Origin: an uncultured Pelagibacteraceae bacterium
Lineage (GTDB): Bacteria > Pseudomonadota > Alphaproteobacteria > Pelagibacterales > Pelagibacteraceae
DNA length: 64,000 nt
Assembly: GCA_902575835.1 (NCBI GenBank)
Contig: CACGSX010000001.1
Coordinates: forward strand, 146,065-210,064
Direction of reading: 5' to 3'
Part shown: piece by piece, positions 28,696 through 38,782 of the stretch
Layout: each line of letters starts with the position of its first letter
Position numbering within the stretch: position 1 is the stretch's first letter
The notes under the pieces: model-generated
What the model was told of the DNA's origin: nothing
Seen by the model: the letters and a program-made list of their open reading frames with translations, nothing else
The model's database searches: none
Program-made: the position numbers and the translations under genes

Positions 28696-29958
28696 CTAAC
28701 CTAACTTAATATTATCAACTCCAACTAATTTATTATAAAGCCAATAGATAACCAAAACTCCTCCAAGCAACATAAGTCCCATCGCTGAAGCAAAACTCCA
28801 ATCTAAAGTAGTTTTCATATGATATGCAATTTGGTTACTAATTAAGGTTCCTGATGCTCCCCCAACTAATGCAGGTGTAATGTAATATCCAATTGCTAAA
28901 ATAAAAACTAAGAGACAACCTGCCCCAATACCTGGTATTGTTAATGGAAAATATACTTTCCAAAAAGCCACAAAAGGTGTTCCGCCAAGAGATTTACCTG
29001 CTCTCATTAAACTTGGCGAGATAGTTTTCATCACACTGTAAAGTGGTAAAACCATAAACGGTAAGAGAATTTGAGTCATTGCAACATAAGTTCCGACTTT
29101 GTTGTACATCATTTCTGGCCTATTATCGTCTGACACAAGGCCAATCAATACAAAGAAATCATTAACTACTCCTTGCTGTTGAAGCAAAATCATCCAGCTA
29201 GCTGTTCTAACTAATAATGATGTCCAAAACGGAAGAAGAACACAAATCATTAATAAATTACTATACTTCATTGGAAGTGTTGCAAGTAGATGGGCTATTG
29301 GATAACCCATTAAGAAACAGAATACAGTAACAAAGAAAGCAACTTCTACGGTTCTCAACCATAAAATTCTATGTATTCTTCTATCTTCACTAACTTGAGT
29401 AATTTTGTTATCTTCATTCAAATACATATCCATAGCTTTTAAATATTTAGCTGAAGTGTAAGGAGGTGCAGTCCTTTTAATAGCTTGCCAATATTCTACA
29501 TTTCTCCATCTCTTATGAACTTTCATTATTTGTTCTTTAATACTTTGTGTCTCGTCAATTTTATTTCTTTTTACCTGTCTGAATAATTTTTTTGTAATGG
29601 TGTTGAACCCATTTTTTTCTTTATTAAGTCTTTGAGCTAGTTTTCCATGTTCTTTTTTTTCTACAAGAATTTTAAAATCAGATAAAAATGAAGCAAATAC
29701 TTCTTCAGATGGAAGTTCTTTACCGTCCCATGTCTCCATAGACTTAAATGTTTTTGGAAGCATGTTTGTAATCATTTTATCATCAATACTTCTTGTAAAC
29801 ATTTCTCCGATTGGAAAAATATAAGTAATAATCAAAAAAAGTAGTAATGGCGCAACAAGTAAAAATGCTCTAATTTTGTTTTTTCTTTCAGCTTTTTTTA
29901 AACTTATCTCTAAAGGAATTCCGTCAGTTGTAAGTATTTGTTTTGTTTCGCTGCTCAT
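28696..29958 (-). CDS. potB: Pot-type ABC permease I with large periplasmic insertion
   Basis: LLPFWTSLLVRT, LPFMVLPLY, RAGKSLG, YITPALVGG. Confidence 0.85.
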   Translation of the reverse strand: MSSETKQILTTDGIPLEISLKKAERKNKIRAFLLVAPLLLFLIITYIFPIGEMFTRSIDDKMITNMLPKTFKSMETWDGKELPSEEVFASFLSDFKILVEKKEHGKLAQRLNKEKNGFNTITKKLFRQVKRNKIDETQSIKEQIMKVHKRWRNVEYWQAIKRTAPPYTSAKYLKAMDMYLNEDNKITQVSEDRRIHRILWLRTVEVAFFVTVFCFLMGYPIAHLLATLPMKYSNLLMICVLLPFWTSLLVRTASWMILLQQQGVVNDFFVLIGLVSDDNRPEMMYNKVGTYVAMTQILLPFMVLPLYSVMKTISPSLMRAGKSLGGTPFVAFWKVYFPLTIPGIGAGCLLVFILAIGYYITPALVGGASGTLISNQIAYHMKTTLDWSFASAMGLMLLGGVLVIYWLYNKLVGVDNIKLG

Positions 29959-29962
29959 AAAT

Positions 29963-29990
29963 AAAAAGGGCGACTTAAAAAAGTCGCCCT
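29963..29990 (-). terminator. Intrinsic terminator-like hairpin after the Pot-type SBP
   Basis: agggcgactt-aaaa-aagtcgccct 10-bp stem followed by a short U run on the minus strand. Confidence 0.75.
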
Positions 29991-30025
29991 ATATATATTA
30001 TATTATTCTAGTCTTTTATACTCTT

Positions 30026-31141
30026 TTATAGACCAGCTTTCATAGCTTCCCACTTCTCACCAAGTTCTGTACCGTTATCAGCCCAGAAAAATGGATCAAC
30101 TAAAAAGTATTTTTTAGTGTTTGAAGGAGCAGTTGGCATTTGTGGCATCATTTCAGTTTTACCATCTTTGTACCAAGGCTCATTTGCTTTGATAATTTCT
30201 AAAGATGATAATCTGTATGGAGCATATGCAATATATTTAGCACTTCCAGCTAACATTTCAGTGTTAGTCATCATTGCTAAAGCTTTTTTAGCATTTGCTT
30301 CATCTGGTCCACCTTTAACAAGTGCGAAATATTCATAGTCAAGACCTTGTCCATCCCATACTTGTTTAATTGGAGCACCTTCACCGATTTCAGCATTAAA
30401 GAATCTTCCATTCCAACCAGTTGCCATAACAACTTCACCAGATACTAATAATTCAGGTGGTTGAGCACCTGCAGACCAGAATACACATCCACCATTTGGA
30501 TCTGTACAAAGCTCTTTAATTTTATTCATAGCTCTATTAACACCAGCTTCAGTTTCTAGTAATTTGTAGATCTCTGATCCACCTTTACCCATATAAACAC
30601 CGTCACCAGCTAATGCTATTTCTAGGTTTGTTAGAGCAGATTTGTAAATAGCTCTTTTTCCTGGAAATTTTTTAGTGTTAAAGAAATCTTTTATAGTCGA
30701 TGGTGTGCCGTCAACATTGTTTACGTTGTAAGCATAGTTCCAAGAATATAAAATGTTTCCTACAGCACATTTACTCGGCATTGGAGCAAAGAAATCTTCA
30801 CTTGCAGGAGTTCCATCTGGAGCTGCAGGGAAGTCTTTGTCAAAATCGAATTCGACAAAAATTCCTTCGTCACATCCGTTGATAGTATCAAATGCGAATA
30901 CATCGATAATATCCCAAGTAATTGCACCTGCTTCTTTTTGAGCTTTAATCTCAGATAATCCACCTGAATAGTCTACCCAGTTGATATCAACACCAAGAGC
31001 TTTTGCAGTTGGATCACCATACCCTAGCTTTTGAGACTCTGTATAAGCTCCACCCCAAGATGCTACTGTAACCGCAAATGCAGATGAAGTTATTGAAAGA
31101 GCAAAAGAAAGAGCAAGTAATAATTTACTTAATTTTTTCAT
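30026..31141 (-). CDS. potD: PotD-family substrate-binding protein (polyamine/osmolyte)
   Basis: Signal peptide, SWGGAY, TWDIID, KFPGKR, WNGRF; strong SD GGAGGA. Confidence 0.85.
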   Translation of the reverse strand: MKKLSKLLLALSFALSITSSAFAVTVASWGGAYTESQKLGYGDPTAKALGVDINWVDYSGGLSEIKAQKEAGAITWDIIDVFAFDTINGCDEGIFVEFDFDKDFPAAPDGTPASEDFFAPMPSKCAVGNILYSWNYAYNVNNVDGTPSTIKDFFNTKKFPGKRAIYKSALTNLEIALAGDGVYMGKGGSEIYKLLETEAGVNRAMNKIKELCTDPNGGCVFWSAGAQPPELLVSGEVVMATGWNGRFFNAEIGEGAPIKQVWDGQGLDYEYFALVKGGPDEANAKKALAMMTNTEMLAGSAKYIAYAPYRLSSLEIIKANEPWYKDGKTEMMPQMPTAPSNTKKYFLVDPFFWADNGTELGEKWEAMKAGL

Positions 31142-31144
31142 TTA

Positions 31145-31215
31145 TCCTCCGTTTAAACGTTTAATATAAATAATTTATATAAGCGAAGTACAACAAAAAC
31201 GATATTCAGAGTCAA
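31145..31215 (-). promoter_or_regulatory. Probable internal promoter and RBS of the SBP gene
   Basis: TTGACT (-35-like) at 31215-31210 and GGAGGA at 31150-31145 in a 114-nt spacer; the -10 is not clear. Confidence 0.4.
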
Positions 31216-31255
31216 CAGGCCATTTTGTTATAGGAATACTGGGATATTTAAGAAA

Positions 31256-32341
31256 TTATTTAGGATCTAGAGCTCTTGCGTCTTGACTGTTCCATCCTAC
31301 TTTAATCTCATTACCTAATTTTAAATCTAACTCGTTTGAGCTATTTGGAACTTTTAAAATAAATTCTTTATTACCTAAAAGATCTAATCTTACTCTAGTG
31401 TGATCACCATGGTAAATAACTTCTTCGATTTTTCCCGTTTGATTATTATCCATTTTATCTTTTGGATTTATCAATGCCCTCTCAGGTCTTATTGAAACTG
31501 TTGTTTTATCACCTTTGGAAGTTACTGAAACTGGATTAGCTAAAATTTCTCCATTTTGTAGTTTAACTTTACAAACATCTTTTGAAATGTCAGTTACTTC
31601 TCCTCCAAATGTATTATTTTCACCTATAAACTCTGCAACGAAAGAATTAACTGGTTCTTCGTACAATTTATCAGGACTTGATAATTGTTGAACTTTACCA
31701 TCATTAAAAACTGCGATCCTATTTGACATTGTTAATGCTTCTCCTTGATCGTGTGTAACGTAAACTACAGTAACACCAATATTTTCATGAATATGTTTAA
31801 TTTCGTATTGCATACTTTCTCTTAAGTTTTTATCTAAAGCTCCAAGAGGTTCATCCATTAGAACTACTGCTGGATCAAATACTAGAGCTCTTGCAACAGC
31901 TACTCTTTGTTGCTGACCACCAGATAATTGCGCTGGCATTCTACTTTCAAATCCTGATAAAGAAACCATTGATAAAGCTTTATCTACTTTTTTATCAATC
32001 TCATCTTTTTGAACTTTTCTAACTCTTAAAGGAAATGCTAAATTTTCATAAACTGTCATATGAGGAAACAATGCATAATTTTGAAAAACCATTCCAATTC
32101 CTCTTTTGTGTGGTGGAATATTAGAAATAGGATTAGAATCTAAATAAATTTCACCATTGGTTGGTGTTTCGAATCCAGCCAACATCATCAGACAAGTTGT
32201 TTTTCCTGAACCAGATGGACCAAGCATAGTAATGAACTCGCCCTCTGAGATATTAAGATTTAAATCTTTTACTACTAAGACTTTACCATCGTAACTTTTG
32301 TCAACTTTATCGAACTTAACGAATTCTGTATTTTTAGACAT
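31256..32341 (-). CDS. potA: Pot-type ABC ATPase
   Basis: GPSGSGKT, FQNYALFPHM, LSGGQQQR, DEPLGALD, TOBE tail. Confidence 0.9.
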   Translation of the reverse strand: MSKNTEFVKFDKVDKSYDGKVLVVKDLNLNISEGEFITMLGPSGSGKTTCLMMLAGFETPTNGEIYLDSNPISNIPPHKRGIGMVFQNYALFPHMTVYENLAFPLRVRKVQKDEIDKKVDKALSMVSLSGFESRMPAQLSGGQQQRVAVARALVFDPAVVLMDEPLGALDKNLRESMQYEIKHIHENIGVTVVYVTHDQGEALTMSNRIAVFNDGKVQQLSSPDKLYEEPVNSFVAEFIGENNTFGGEVTDISKDVCKVKLQNGEILANPVSVTSKGDKTTVSIRPERALINPKDKMDNNQTGKIEEVIYHGDHTRVRLDLLGNKEFILKVPNSSNELDLKLGNEIKVGWNSQDARALDPK

Positions 32342-32379
32342 CTAGTGTTTAAAACATTTAAGAAGTTAATTATCAATAG

Positions 32380-33552
32380 CTAATAGTTCTTAATATGTAG
32401 CTCTTTTGGAAATTTACAGAATAATTCACAACCTTTGTCGGTAACTCGGATTGCTTCAGATGCTTCTACTCCCCAATCACCAAACTGCATTACTGCAATC
32501 ATATGAAAACAAACATTTGGTTCAAGCACTGTCATATCGCCTTTATAAATATTTAAAGTATGCTCTCCCCAATCTGGTGGATATCCTATGCCTATTGAGT
32601 AACCCGTTCTTGATTTCTTCTCGATACCATATTTATCTAAAATTTTCCAAAAGGCTTGGGCAACATCATTTGCTGTATTTCCGGGTTTTGTAGCATTAAT
32701 TCCAGCTTGTAAAGCTTCTATAGTTTTATTCATTGTATCTATTTTTAATTGATCAGGTTTACCTAATAAAATTGTTCGAGCCATAGGTGCGTGATATCTT
32801 TTATAAACACCTGAAAGTTCAATTATAGTTGCTTCACCTTCAATAAATTTATCTTGGGTTGCTGTTAAATGTGAAGCAGATGTGCCTTTTCCAGTTGGAA
32901 GAAGCGTTGCGATACTAGAATATTCACCTCCAAATTCTTCTGTACCATAAAATAAAGACTTTTGAATTTCTCCAACAGCATCACATTGTCTTGTACCAGG
33001 TTTAATTACTTCCATTGCAGTTTGCATTCCTTTTTGAGAAATTAAAGCAGCAGACTTCATATAATTTATCTCTGCATTAGATTTAATTAATCTAGCCCAA
33101 TTAACTAGTCGATCAGAATCGATAATGTTTGCATTTGGTAGCCCCTGTTTAATCTTTTCATAACAAAAAGCTGTAAAATAATGAGCATCCATTTCAACTC
33201 CAATAGACAGTTTATCCCATTTTTTTTCTTTAATTACTTTGGTCAAGTAATCATAGGGATGTTTTGGCCAAGTATGAATATAACTCTCATCATAAACAAT
33301 AATATTGTCTTTATTTAAATAGGTCTTTATGTATGCCCCACCTGCATCCTGATCTCTAACAAAGCAAATTGGCTCTTTTGAATCAACGTGCACTAATACA
33401 CATTGTGCATAATAAAAAGACCAAGCATCGTAGCCTGTAAGATAATTCATATTATTTGTGTCGTGAGAAATGATTAAATCAATTTTTTTCTCTCTCATCA
33501 GAGATTGAACTTTTAATAGTCTTTGTTTGTATTCTTCTTTTGAAAAAGACAT
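32380..33552 (-). CDS. doeA: Ectoine hydrolase DoeA/EutD-like (M24 fold)
   Basis: LTGYDAWSFY, LVNWARLIKS, ASHLT, YKRYHAPMART, RTGYSIGIGYPPDWGEHT match recalled EutD/DoeA motifs. Confidence 0.78.
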   Translation of the reverse strand: MSFSKEEYKQRLLKVQSLMREKKIDLIISHDTNNMNYLTGYDAWSFYYAQCVLVHVDSKEPICFVRDQDAGGAYIKTYLNKDNIIVYDESYIHTWPKHPYDYLTKVIKEKKWDKLSIGVEMDAHYFTAFCYEKIKQGLPNANIIDSDRLVNWARLIKSNAEINYMKSAALISQKGMQTAMEVIKPGTRQCDAVGEIQKSLFYGTEEFGGEYSSIATLLPTGKGTSASHLTATQDKFIEGEATIIELSGVYKRYHAPMARTILLGKPDQLKIDTMNKTIEALQAGINATKPGNTANDVAQAFWKILDKYGIEKKSRTGYSIGIGYPPDWGEHTLNIYKGDMTVLEPNVCFHMIAVMQFGDWGVEASEAIRVTDKGCELFCKFPKELHIKNY

Positions 33553-33555
33553 AAA

Positions 33556-34296
33556 TTAATCAAACAGTCTTCCAAATCCTTTTACAGATTTATTTTCACC
33601 TATGTTTTCTAAAGATTCCCAGATTAAAGCCTGATTGCTTGAAAGAACTGGTATTCCAAGTTTATCTTCTAATTTTTGTATTAGAGGAAGAACTGGTAAA
33701 GCGGTGCAAGATACAAATAAAGCATCTGCCTCACTTACATCTAAATTTATTAGCACATCAAACAGATAATTTTGATCTACTTTACCAATCTCCATATCAG
33801 AATGAATATCAAAGTATGAATTTGAGGTGATTTCAAAACCAGATGATTTAAAATAATCAACAACATCATCGTTAACTTTTTTACTATAAGGTGTGAATAT
33901 AGAAAGTTTTTTAATATTTAATTTTTTCAATGCTTTCAAAGCTGCTGTACTTGGTGTTGAAAGTTTTGCGTCAGGTTTTGCTGCTTGTATTTTATTTTTA
34001 ATATTATCGTACCCTGCTGCAATAGTTCCTGATGTACAAGCATATACAACACAGTCTAATTTTTGCTCTGGCAAGATATCTCTTGTTACTTGAGTAATAT
34101 TCTCTGACATTTTGATCAAATTCTCTTTGGTTAAGGGATTATAACATTCTATTCTATTTACAAAAAAATCTATTTTTTTATCTTTAATTACACTTATAAA
34201 ATCTTTTTCAATCACTAGATCGGTTGCTAAAGCGATAAGTCCAATACGTGGATTTTGGTTATTTTCAAACTTTGGTTCTATTTTTTGTGATTTCAT
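33556..34296 (-). CDS. eutA: EutA / maleate cis-trans isomerase (Asp/Glu racemase superfamily)
   Basis: IGLIALATD..IEKDF, YACTSG, FTPY, FVSCTAL, SSNQA; start set to MKSQ at 34296. Confidence 0.75.
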   Translation of the reverse strand: MKSQKIEPKFENNQNPRIGLIALATDLVIEKDFISVIKDKKIDFFVNRIECYNPLTKENLIKMSENITQVTRDILPEQKLDCVVYACTSGTIAAGYDNIKNKIQAAKPDAKLSTPSTAALKALKKLNIKKLSIFTPYSKKVNDDVVDYFKSSGFEITSNSYFDIHSDMEIGKVDQNYLFDVLINLDVSEADALFVSCTALPVLPLIQKLEDKLGIPVLSSNQALIWESLENIGENKSVKGFGRLFD

Positions 34297-34412
34297 AAAT
34301 ACAATATACCACCACATATTGATTAATCATTAAAATTTAAAAACTGTATCTAATTTCTTGAATGGTTATAGTAAATAAACGTATAATAAGAAAAATTAAT
34401 TTTGAAATATAA

Positions 34413-35846
34413 ATGCTCGATAAAAAAAAATTTTATATCAATGGCAAATGGGTTGAGCCAGTTAACAAGAATAAATGTGAAGTTATTAACCCATCAACAG
34501 AAGAAGTTTGTGCAATTATAAGTCTTGGAAGTTCTGATGATACAAATGCTGCAGTCAAAGCAGCAAAATCTGCATTTGAGACTTGGAAAGAAACTTCAAA
34601 AGAAGAAAGGTTAAATTTATTAGAAAAGTTATTAAAAATTTATAATTCTAGATGGGATGATATGACTGATGCTATTACTACAGAGCTTGGTTGTCCTAAA
34701 GATTGGTGTTCAGCTAATCAAACATCTTCTGGCGCAGGTCATATCGAAGACTTTATAAAAAGATTAAAAGAATTCGAATTCGAACCAGGTTTTGATAAAG
34801 GATCTACTAATCATATTGTATATGAGCCAATTGGAGTTTGCGGATTAATTACACCTTGGAATTGGCCTATAAATCAAATTGCTTTAAAAGTAATTCCAGC
34901 TTTTGCTACTGGGTGTACAATGGTACTTAAACCATCTGAAATCGCACCATTGTCAGGAATGCTATTTGCAGAGATGATAGATGAGGCTGGATTTCCAGCT
35001 GGAGTATTTAATTTGGTAAATGGTGATGGGCCTGGTGTTGGAACTGACCTGTCAGGACATCCTGATGTTGATATGGTCTCATTTACAGGATCTACTAGAG
35101 CTGGAAAATTAATTACAAAGAATGCTGCTGAAACTATAAAAAGAGTTTGTCTTGAACTTGGTGGTAAAGGTGGAAATATTGTTTTTGCTGATGCATATCC
35201 TGATGCAGTCAGAGATGGTATTAGAAACGTAATGAGTAATTCAGGTCAATCCTGTGATGCCCCAACTAGAATGCTTGTTGAAAAATCAATTTATAAAAGA
35301 GCTGTTGAAGAAGCTGTAGATGAAGCAAATAAAATTAAAGTTGATCTTGCTTCAAAAGCTGGTGACCATATTGGGCCTGTAATTTCAAAAACTCAATTTG
35401 ATAAAATTCAAAGTTTAATAAATAGTGGAATTGAAGAAGGTGCTACTTTAGTAGCAGGTGGTCCTGACAAACCTGAAGATCTAAAGAAAGGTTATTTTAT
35501 TAAACCAACAGTATTCACTGATGTTAATAATAATATGAGAATTGCAAAAGAGGAAATATTTGGACCAGTATTGTCAATTATTCCTTTTGAGAATGAAGAG
35601 GAAGCTATCCAAATTACTAATGACACAGAATATGGATTAGGAAACTATTTACAAACAGAGGATAATGAAAAGGCAAAAAGAGTCTCAAAAAAATTAAGGT
35701 CCGGAATTGTGTATGTAAATCATAAAGCAGCTGACTCTGGGACTCCTTTTGGTGGGTATAGACAATCTGGAAATGGACGTGAAGGTGGAACCTGGGGATT
35801 GCATGAATATCTAGAGGTAAAAACTATTACTGAATGGAAAAATTAA
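34413..35846 (+). CDS. Aldehyde dehydrogenase, paralog of 8563..9996
   Basis: ITPWNWP, FTGSTRAG, LELGGK, NSGQSC, EEIFGPV. Confidence 0.92.
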   Translation: MLDKKKFYINGKWVEPVNKNKCEVINPSTEEVCAIISLGSSDDTNAAVKAAKSAFETWKETSKEERLNLLEKLLKIYNSRWDDMTDAITTELGCPKDWCSANQTSSGAGHIEDFIKRLKEFEFEPGFDKGSTNHIVYEPIGVCGLITPWNWPINQIALKVIPAFATGCTMVLKPSEIAPLSGMLFAEMIDEAGFPAGVFNLVNGDGPGVGTDLSGHPDVDMVSFTGSTRAGKLITKNAAETIKRVCLELGGKGGNIVFADAYPDAVRDGIRNVMSNSGQSCDAPTRMLVEKSIYKRAVEEAVDEANKIKVDLASKAGDHIGPVISKTQFDKIQSLINSGIEEGATLVAGGPDKPEDLKKGYFIKPTVFTDVNNNMRIAKEEIFGPVLSIIPFENEEEAIQITNDTEYGLGNYLQTEDNEKAKRVSKKLRSGIVYVNHKAADSGTPFGGYRQSGNGREGGTWGLHEYLEVKTITEWKN

Positions 35847-35847
35847 A

Positions 35848-36228
35848 ATGCTTGGTTATGTAATGGTAGGAACCAATAACTTAGAAAAAGCAATAATTTT
35901 TTATGATGAAGTCTTAAAAGTTTTAAATCTAGAAAGAAATTATAAAGATGAAGTTTGCGCTGGTTACACAGAAAAAAATGGCGATGGAACTATAGAGTTT
36001 TATGTGACCAAACCTGTCAATATGAAAGAGGCAACTAATGGAAATGGAACGCAAGTTTCATTTATTACATCATCTAGAGATATAGTTGATAAGTTTCATG
36101 AGATTGGACTTAAGGCAGGTGGAAAAAGTGAAGGAGCTGGAGGTGAAAGACCAGAAGGTTCTGGAGTTTACTATTCTTATATTCGAGATCTTGATAATAA
36201 TAAAATTTGTGCATTCACAAACAATTAA
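35848..36228 (+). CDS. VOC/glyoxalase family protein
   Basis: GYVMVGTNNL, ATNGNGTQVSF, YYSYIRDLDNNKI. Confidence 0.82.
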   Translation: MLGYVMVGTNNLEKAIIFYDEVLKVLNLERNYKDEVCAGYTEKNGDGTIEFYVTKPVNMKEATNGNGTQVSFITSSRDIVDKFHEIGLKAGGKSEGAGGERPEGSGVYYSYIRDLDNNKICAFTNN

Positions 36229-37139
36229 TGTCTTACAATTTAATTCAAGAAAAAATCAATGAAGGAAAAATTATTTTACTTGATGGAGGTATAGGTGCTG
36301 AGCTTGAAAAAAAAGGAGCTAAAATGGATCAAAACCTCTGGTGTGGAAAATGTTCGGTAGATAGCCCAGAATTTCTAAAAGAAGTTCATGAAAATTATAT
36401 TGATGCAGGTGCTGATGTTATTACAACAAATACTTATGCTACAACTCCTATTTCTCTTAGAAAACACGGATATGAAGACTCAATTGAATTATTTAATAAA
36501 CAAGCAGTTCAAATTGCAAAACAAGCAATTAATAATTCAAAAAAGAACATCTGTTTAGCAGGAAGTGTTTCGAGTTATGGAAGCTTTCTTAAACTTGGAA
36601 CAAAGAACATGAAGCCATGTTTTAATGAACATATTAAAATTTTATCAAATGAGGGTGTTGATTTAATAATTTTAGAAGCAATGACATCTCAAGCAGAAAT
36701 CGTGGAGACTATGCTTGAGTGTTCTTCAAATATAAAGTTACCTGTTTGGCTTTCTATCTCCTGTGTAATAGATCAGAATACAAAAAATATTACACTTGGT
36801 TATGATGATGTGAAGAATAAAACTGAAATTTACGAGGATTTAGAAGTATCGTTGAAAAATTTTAGTAAATTACATAAGGGGCCAATTTTAATTGCTCACT
36901 CAGATATTAAAACAACGAGTGCAGCTTTAGATACTGCATTAAAAAATTATAATGGAGTTATTGGTGCTTACCCTAATAAAGGCTATTACGAAAAACCAAA
37001 TTGGAAGTTTGTAGATAATTTTTCACCCAATGATTATTTGGAAGTTGCAAAAAAATGGGTTAGCAAAGGTGTAAAAATTGTTGGTGGTTGTTGTGGTATA
37101 GGAGTTGAAGAGATAAAAGCTGTTTCAATTTTGAAGTAA
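36228..37139 (+). CDS. Homocysteine S-methyltransferase family protein
   Basis: LLDGGIG, HENYIDAGAD..TTNTY, AGSVS, GAYPN, VGGCCG; start set to ATG 36228 (TAATG overlap with VOC). Confidence 0.85.
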   Translation: MSYNLIQEKINEGKIILLDGGIGAELEKKGAKMDQNLWCGKCSVDSPEFLKEVHENYIDAGADVITTNTYATTPISLRKHGYEDSIELFNKQAVQIAKQAINNSKKNICLAGSVSSYGSFLKLGTKNMKPCFNEHIKILSNEGVDLIILEAMTSQAEIVETMLECSSNIKLPVWLSISCVIDQNTKNITLGYDDVKNKTEIYEDLEVSLKNFSKLHKGPILIAHSDIKTTSAALDTALKNYNGVIGAYPNKGYYEKPNWKFVDNFSPNDYLEVAKKWVSKGVKIVGGCCGIGVEEIKAVSILK

Positions 37140-37156
37140 TAATATATTGTAAAATA

Positions 37157-37612
37157 ATGAAAACTTTTATTGGTGGTATTGGTTGTTTTTGGGACGAAAC
37201 TAAATACGATGGTATAAAAGGAATATTATCTACAGAATGTGGTTACTGCGGAGGTGATAATCCTAATGTTACTTACAAAGCAGTTTGTGGTGGGGATACA
37301 GGTCACATAGAAGTAGTTAAAGTTCAATATGATGAAAATATTTTAAGCTATGAAGATATGGTCAGATTATTTTTTAAACTCCATGACTCAACTCAAAAAA
37401 ATAGACAAGGAACTTATGTAGGAATTCAATATCGGTCTGAGATATTTTATAATAATGATAATGAAAAAAATACAGCAGAGAAAATTTTAAAAGAAATGAA
37501 TGAGAAATTAGATGGAAAAGTTACTACAAAGATTTCCAAAGAAAAAAACTATTGTAAAGCAGAAGGCTATCATCAAAATTACGAGAAAAATAAATCTCTT
37601 AAGTTTGGATAA
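37157..37612 (+). CDS. msrA: Peptide methionine sulfoxide reductase MsrA (short)
   Basis: GCFW, GYCGG, TGHIEVV, NRQG..VGIQYRS, AEGYHQNY. Confidence 0.85.
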   Translation: MKTFIGGIGCFWDETKYDGIKGILSTECGYCGGDNPNVTYKAVCGGDTGHIEVVKVQYDENILSYEDMVRLFFKLHDSTQKNRQGTYVGIQYRSEIFYNNDNEKNTAEKILKEMNEKLDGKVTTKISKEKNYCKAEGYHQNYEKNKSLKFG

Positions 37613-37623
37613 AAAATACTAAT

Positions 37624-38781
37624 TTGAAAAAAATTATTTCAGAAAAAAATCCAGAATTAGTTACAAGAAAAGATAATAAAGCTCAATGGAATCTCCCAAA
37701 TAAAAGGAGGTTGGGTTTTAGAAATTTATATAAAATTAATAGATATGGAATATACCTTAGATCAGATTTTGTTTTAAAATTAAAAAAAAAAATTAATAAG
37801 AAAATTGGTAAATTATCTTCTGTAAAAAAGGTAACTAAAAATAAAGCTTTTTGCTCTTTAATAGTTGGTAAAGATCAGGATATTTTATTCGAGCAGTATG
37901 CAAAGGACTTTTCTACAAATCAGCCACAAACAATTATGTCAATTACAAAAATGTTTATACATTTATTTGTGGGAGAGCTGATAGACAGAAAACTAATAAA
38001 CCTAAATAAGAAAATTTCATTTTACTTGCCAAAAATTGGCAGTGGTTATGCAAATGCAAAAGTAAAAGACGTTTTAGACATGAACATTGTAAATCTATAT
38101 AGCGAAGATTATACAAAAGCTTATTCGTCTTCATTTTTACATGAGCCTGTGGGAGGATGGAGATTGCCTATTAAAGGTAAAAACATTCAAAGCCAGGAAC
38201 AATATTTAAATTCAATTAAATCTTTAAAAAGCAGAGATTTAAAAAATTACACCGATCTGGCGCATTATAAATCAGCTAATACCGATGTTATTGGGTTAAT
38301 TGTAGAAAAAGTAAGTAAAAAAAGTTTAAGACAATGGTTGTTGGAAACAGTTGAAGCAACAGGATTTGAAGAAGGATTGTATATAGGCACTGATAGATTT
38401 GGAACACCGTGGATGTCTGGAGGTGGAAGTTTAATTACAAGAGATTTTTTAAGAATGGGTTTACTTTTTTCTAGGTTTGGAAAAGGTATAAATGGAAAAA
38501 ATATTGGTTCTAAAACTTTTTTGAGTAAAACTATTAATAGTGAGGGACCCAAATACATTCAATTATCTAAAGATAAATTTGTCTGTTATGTTAATTCTTT
38601 GATGAAATGTGGTAACTGGATTGGTCACTCTGGGTATGGGGGCCAATTTTTAGGAATAAATTTGAAAACAAAAGTTGTTGCTGCTTTTTTTTCAGTCTTA
38701 GAGACTAAATCTGCAACAAATGAAAAATATAAAAAAGATATGGTAAATATGATAGACCAAATAATTAGTAAAGATTACTAA
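37624..38781 (+). CDS. Serine hydrolase, beta-lactamase class C / NylB-like
   Basis: MSITK (SxxK), YKSANT, HSGYGGQ; TTG start. Confidence 0.78.
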   Translation: MKKIISEKNPELVTRKDNKAQWNLPNKRRLGFRNLYKINRYGIYLRSDFVLKLKKKINKKIGKLSSVKKVTKNKAFCSLIVGKDQDILFEQYAKDFSTNQPQTIMSITKMFIHLFVGELIDRKLINLNKKISFYLPKIGSGYANAKVKDVLDMNIVNLYSEDYTKAYSSSFLHEPVGGWRLPIKGKNIQSQEQYLNSIKSLKSRDLKNYTDLAHYKSANTDVIGLIVEKVSKKSLRQWLLETVEATGFEEGLYIGTDRFGTPWMSGGGSLITRDFLRMGLLFSRFGKGINGKNIGSKTFLSKTINSEGPKYIQLSKDKFVCYVNSLMKCGNWIGHSGYGGQFLGINLKTKVVAAFFSVLETKSATNEKYKKDMVNMIDQIISKDY

Positions 38782-38782
38782 A

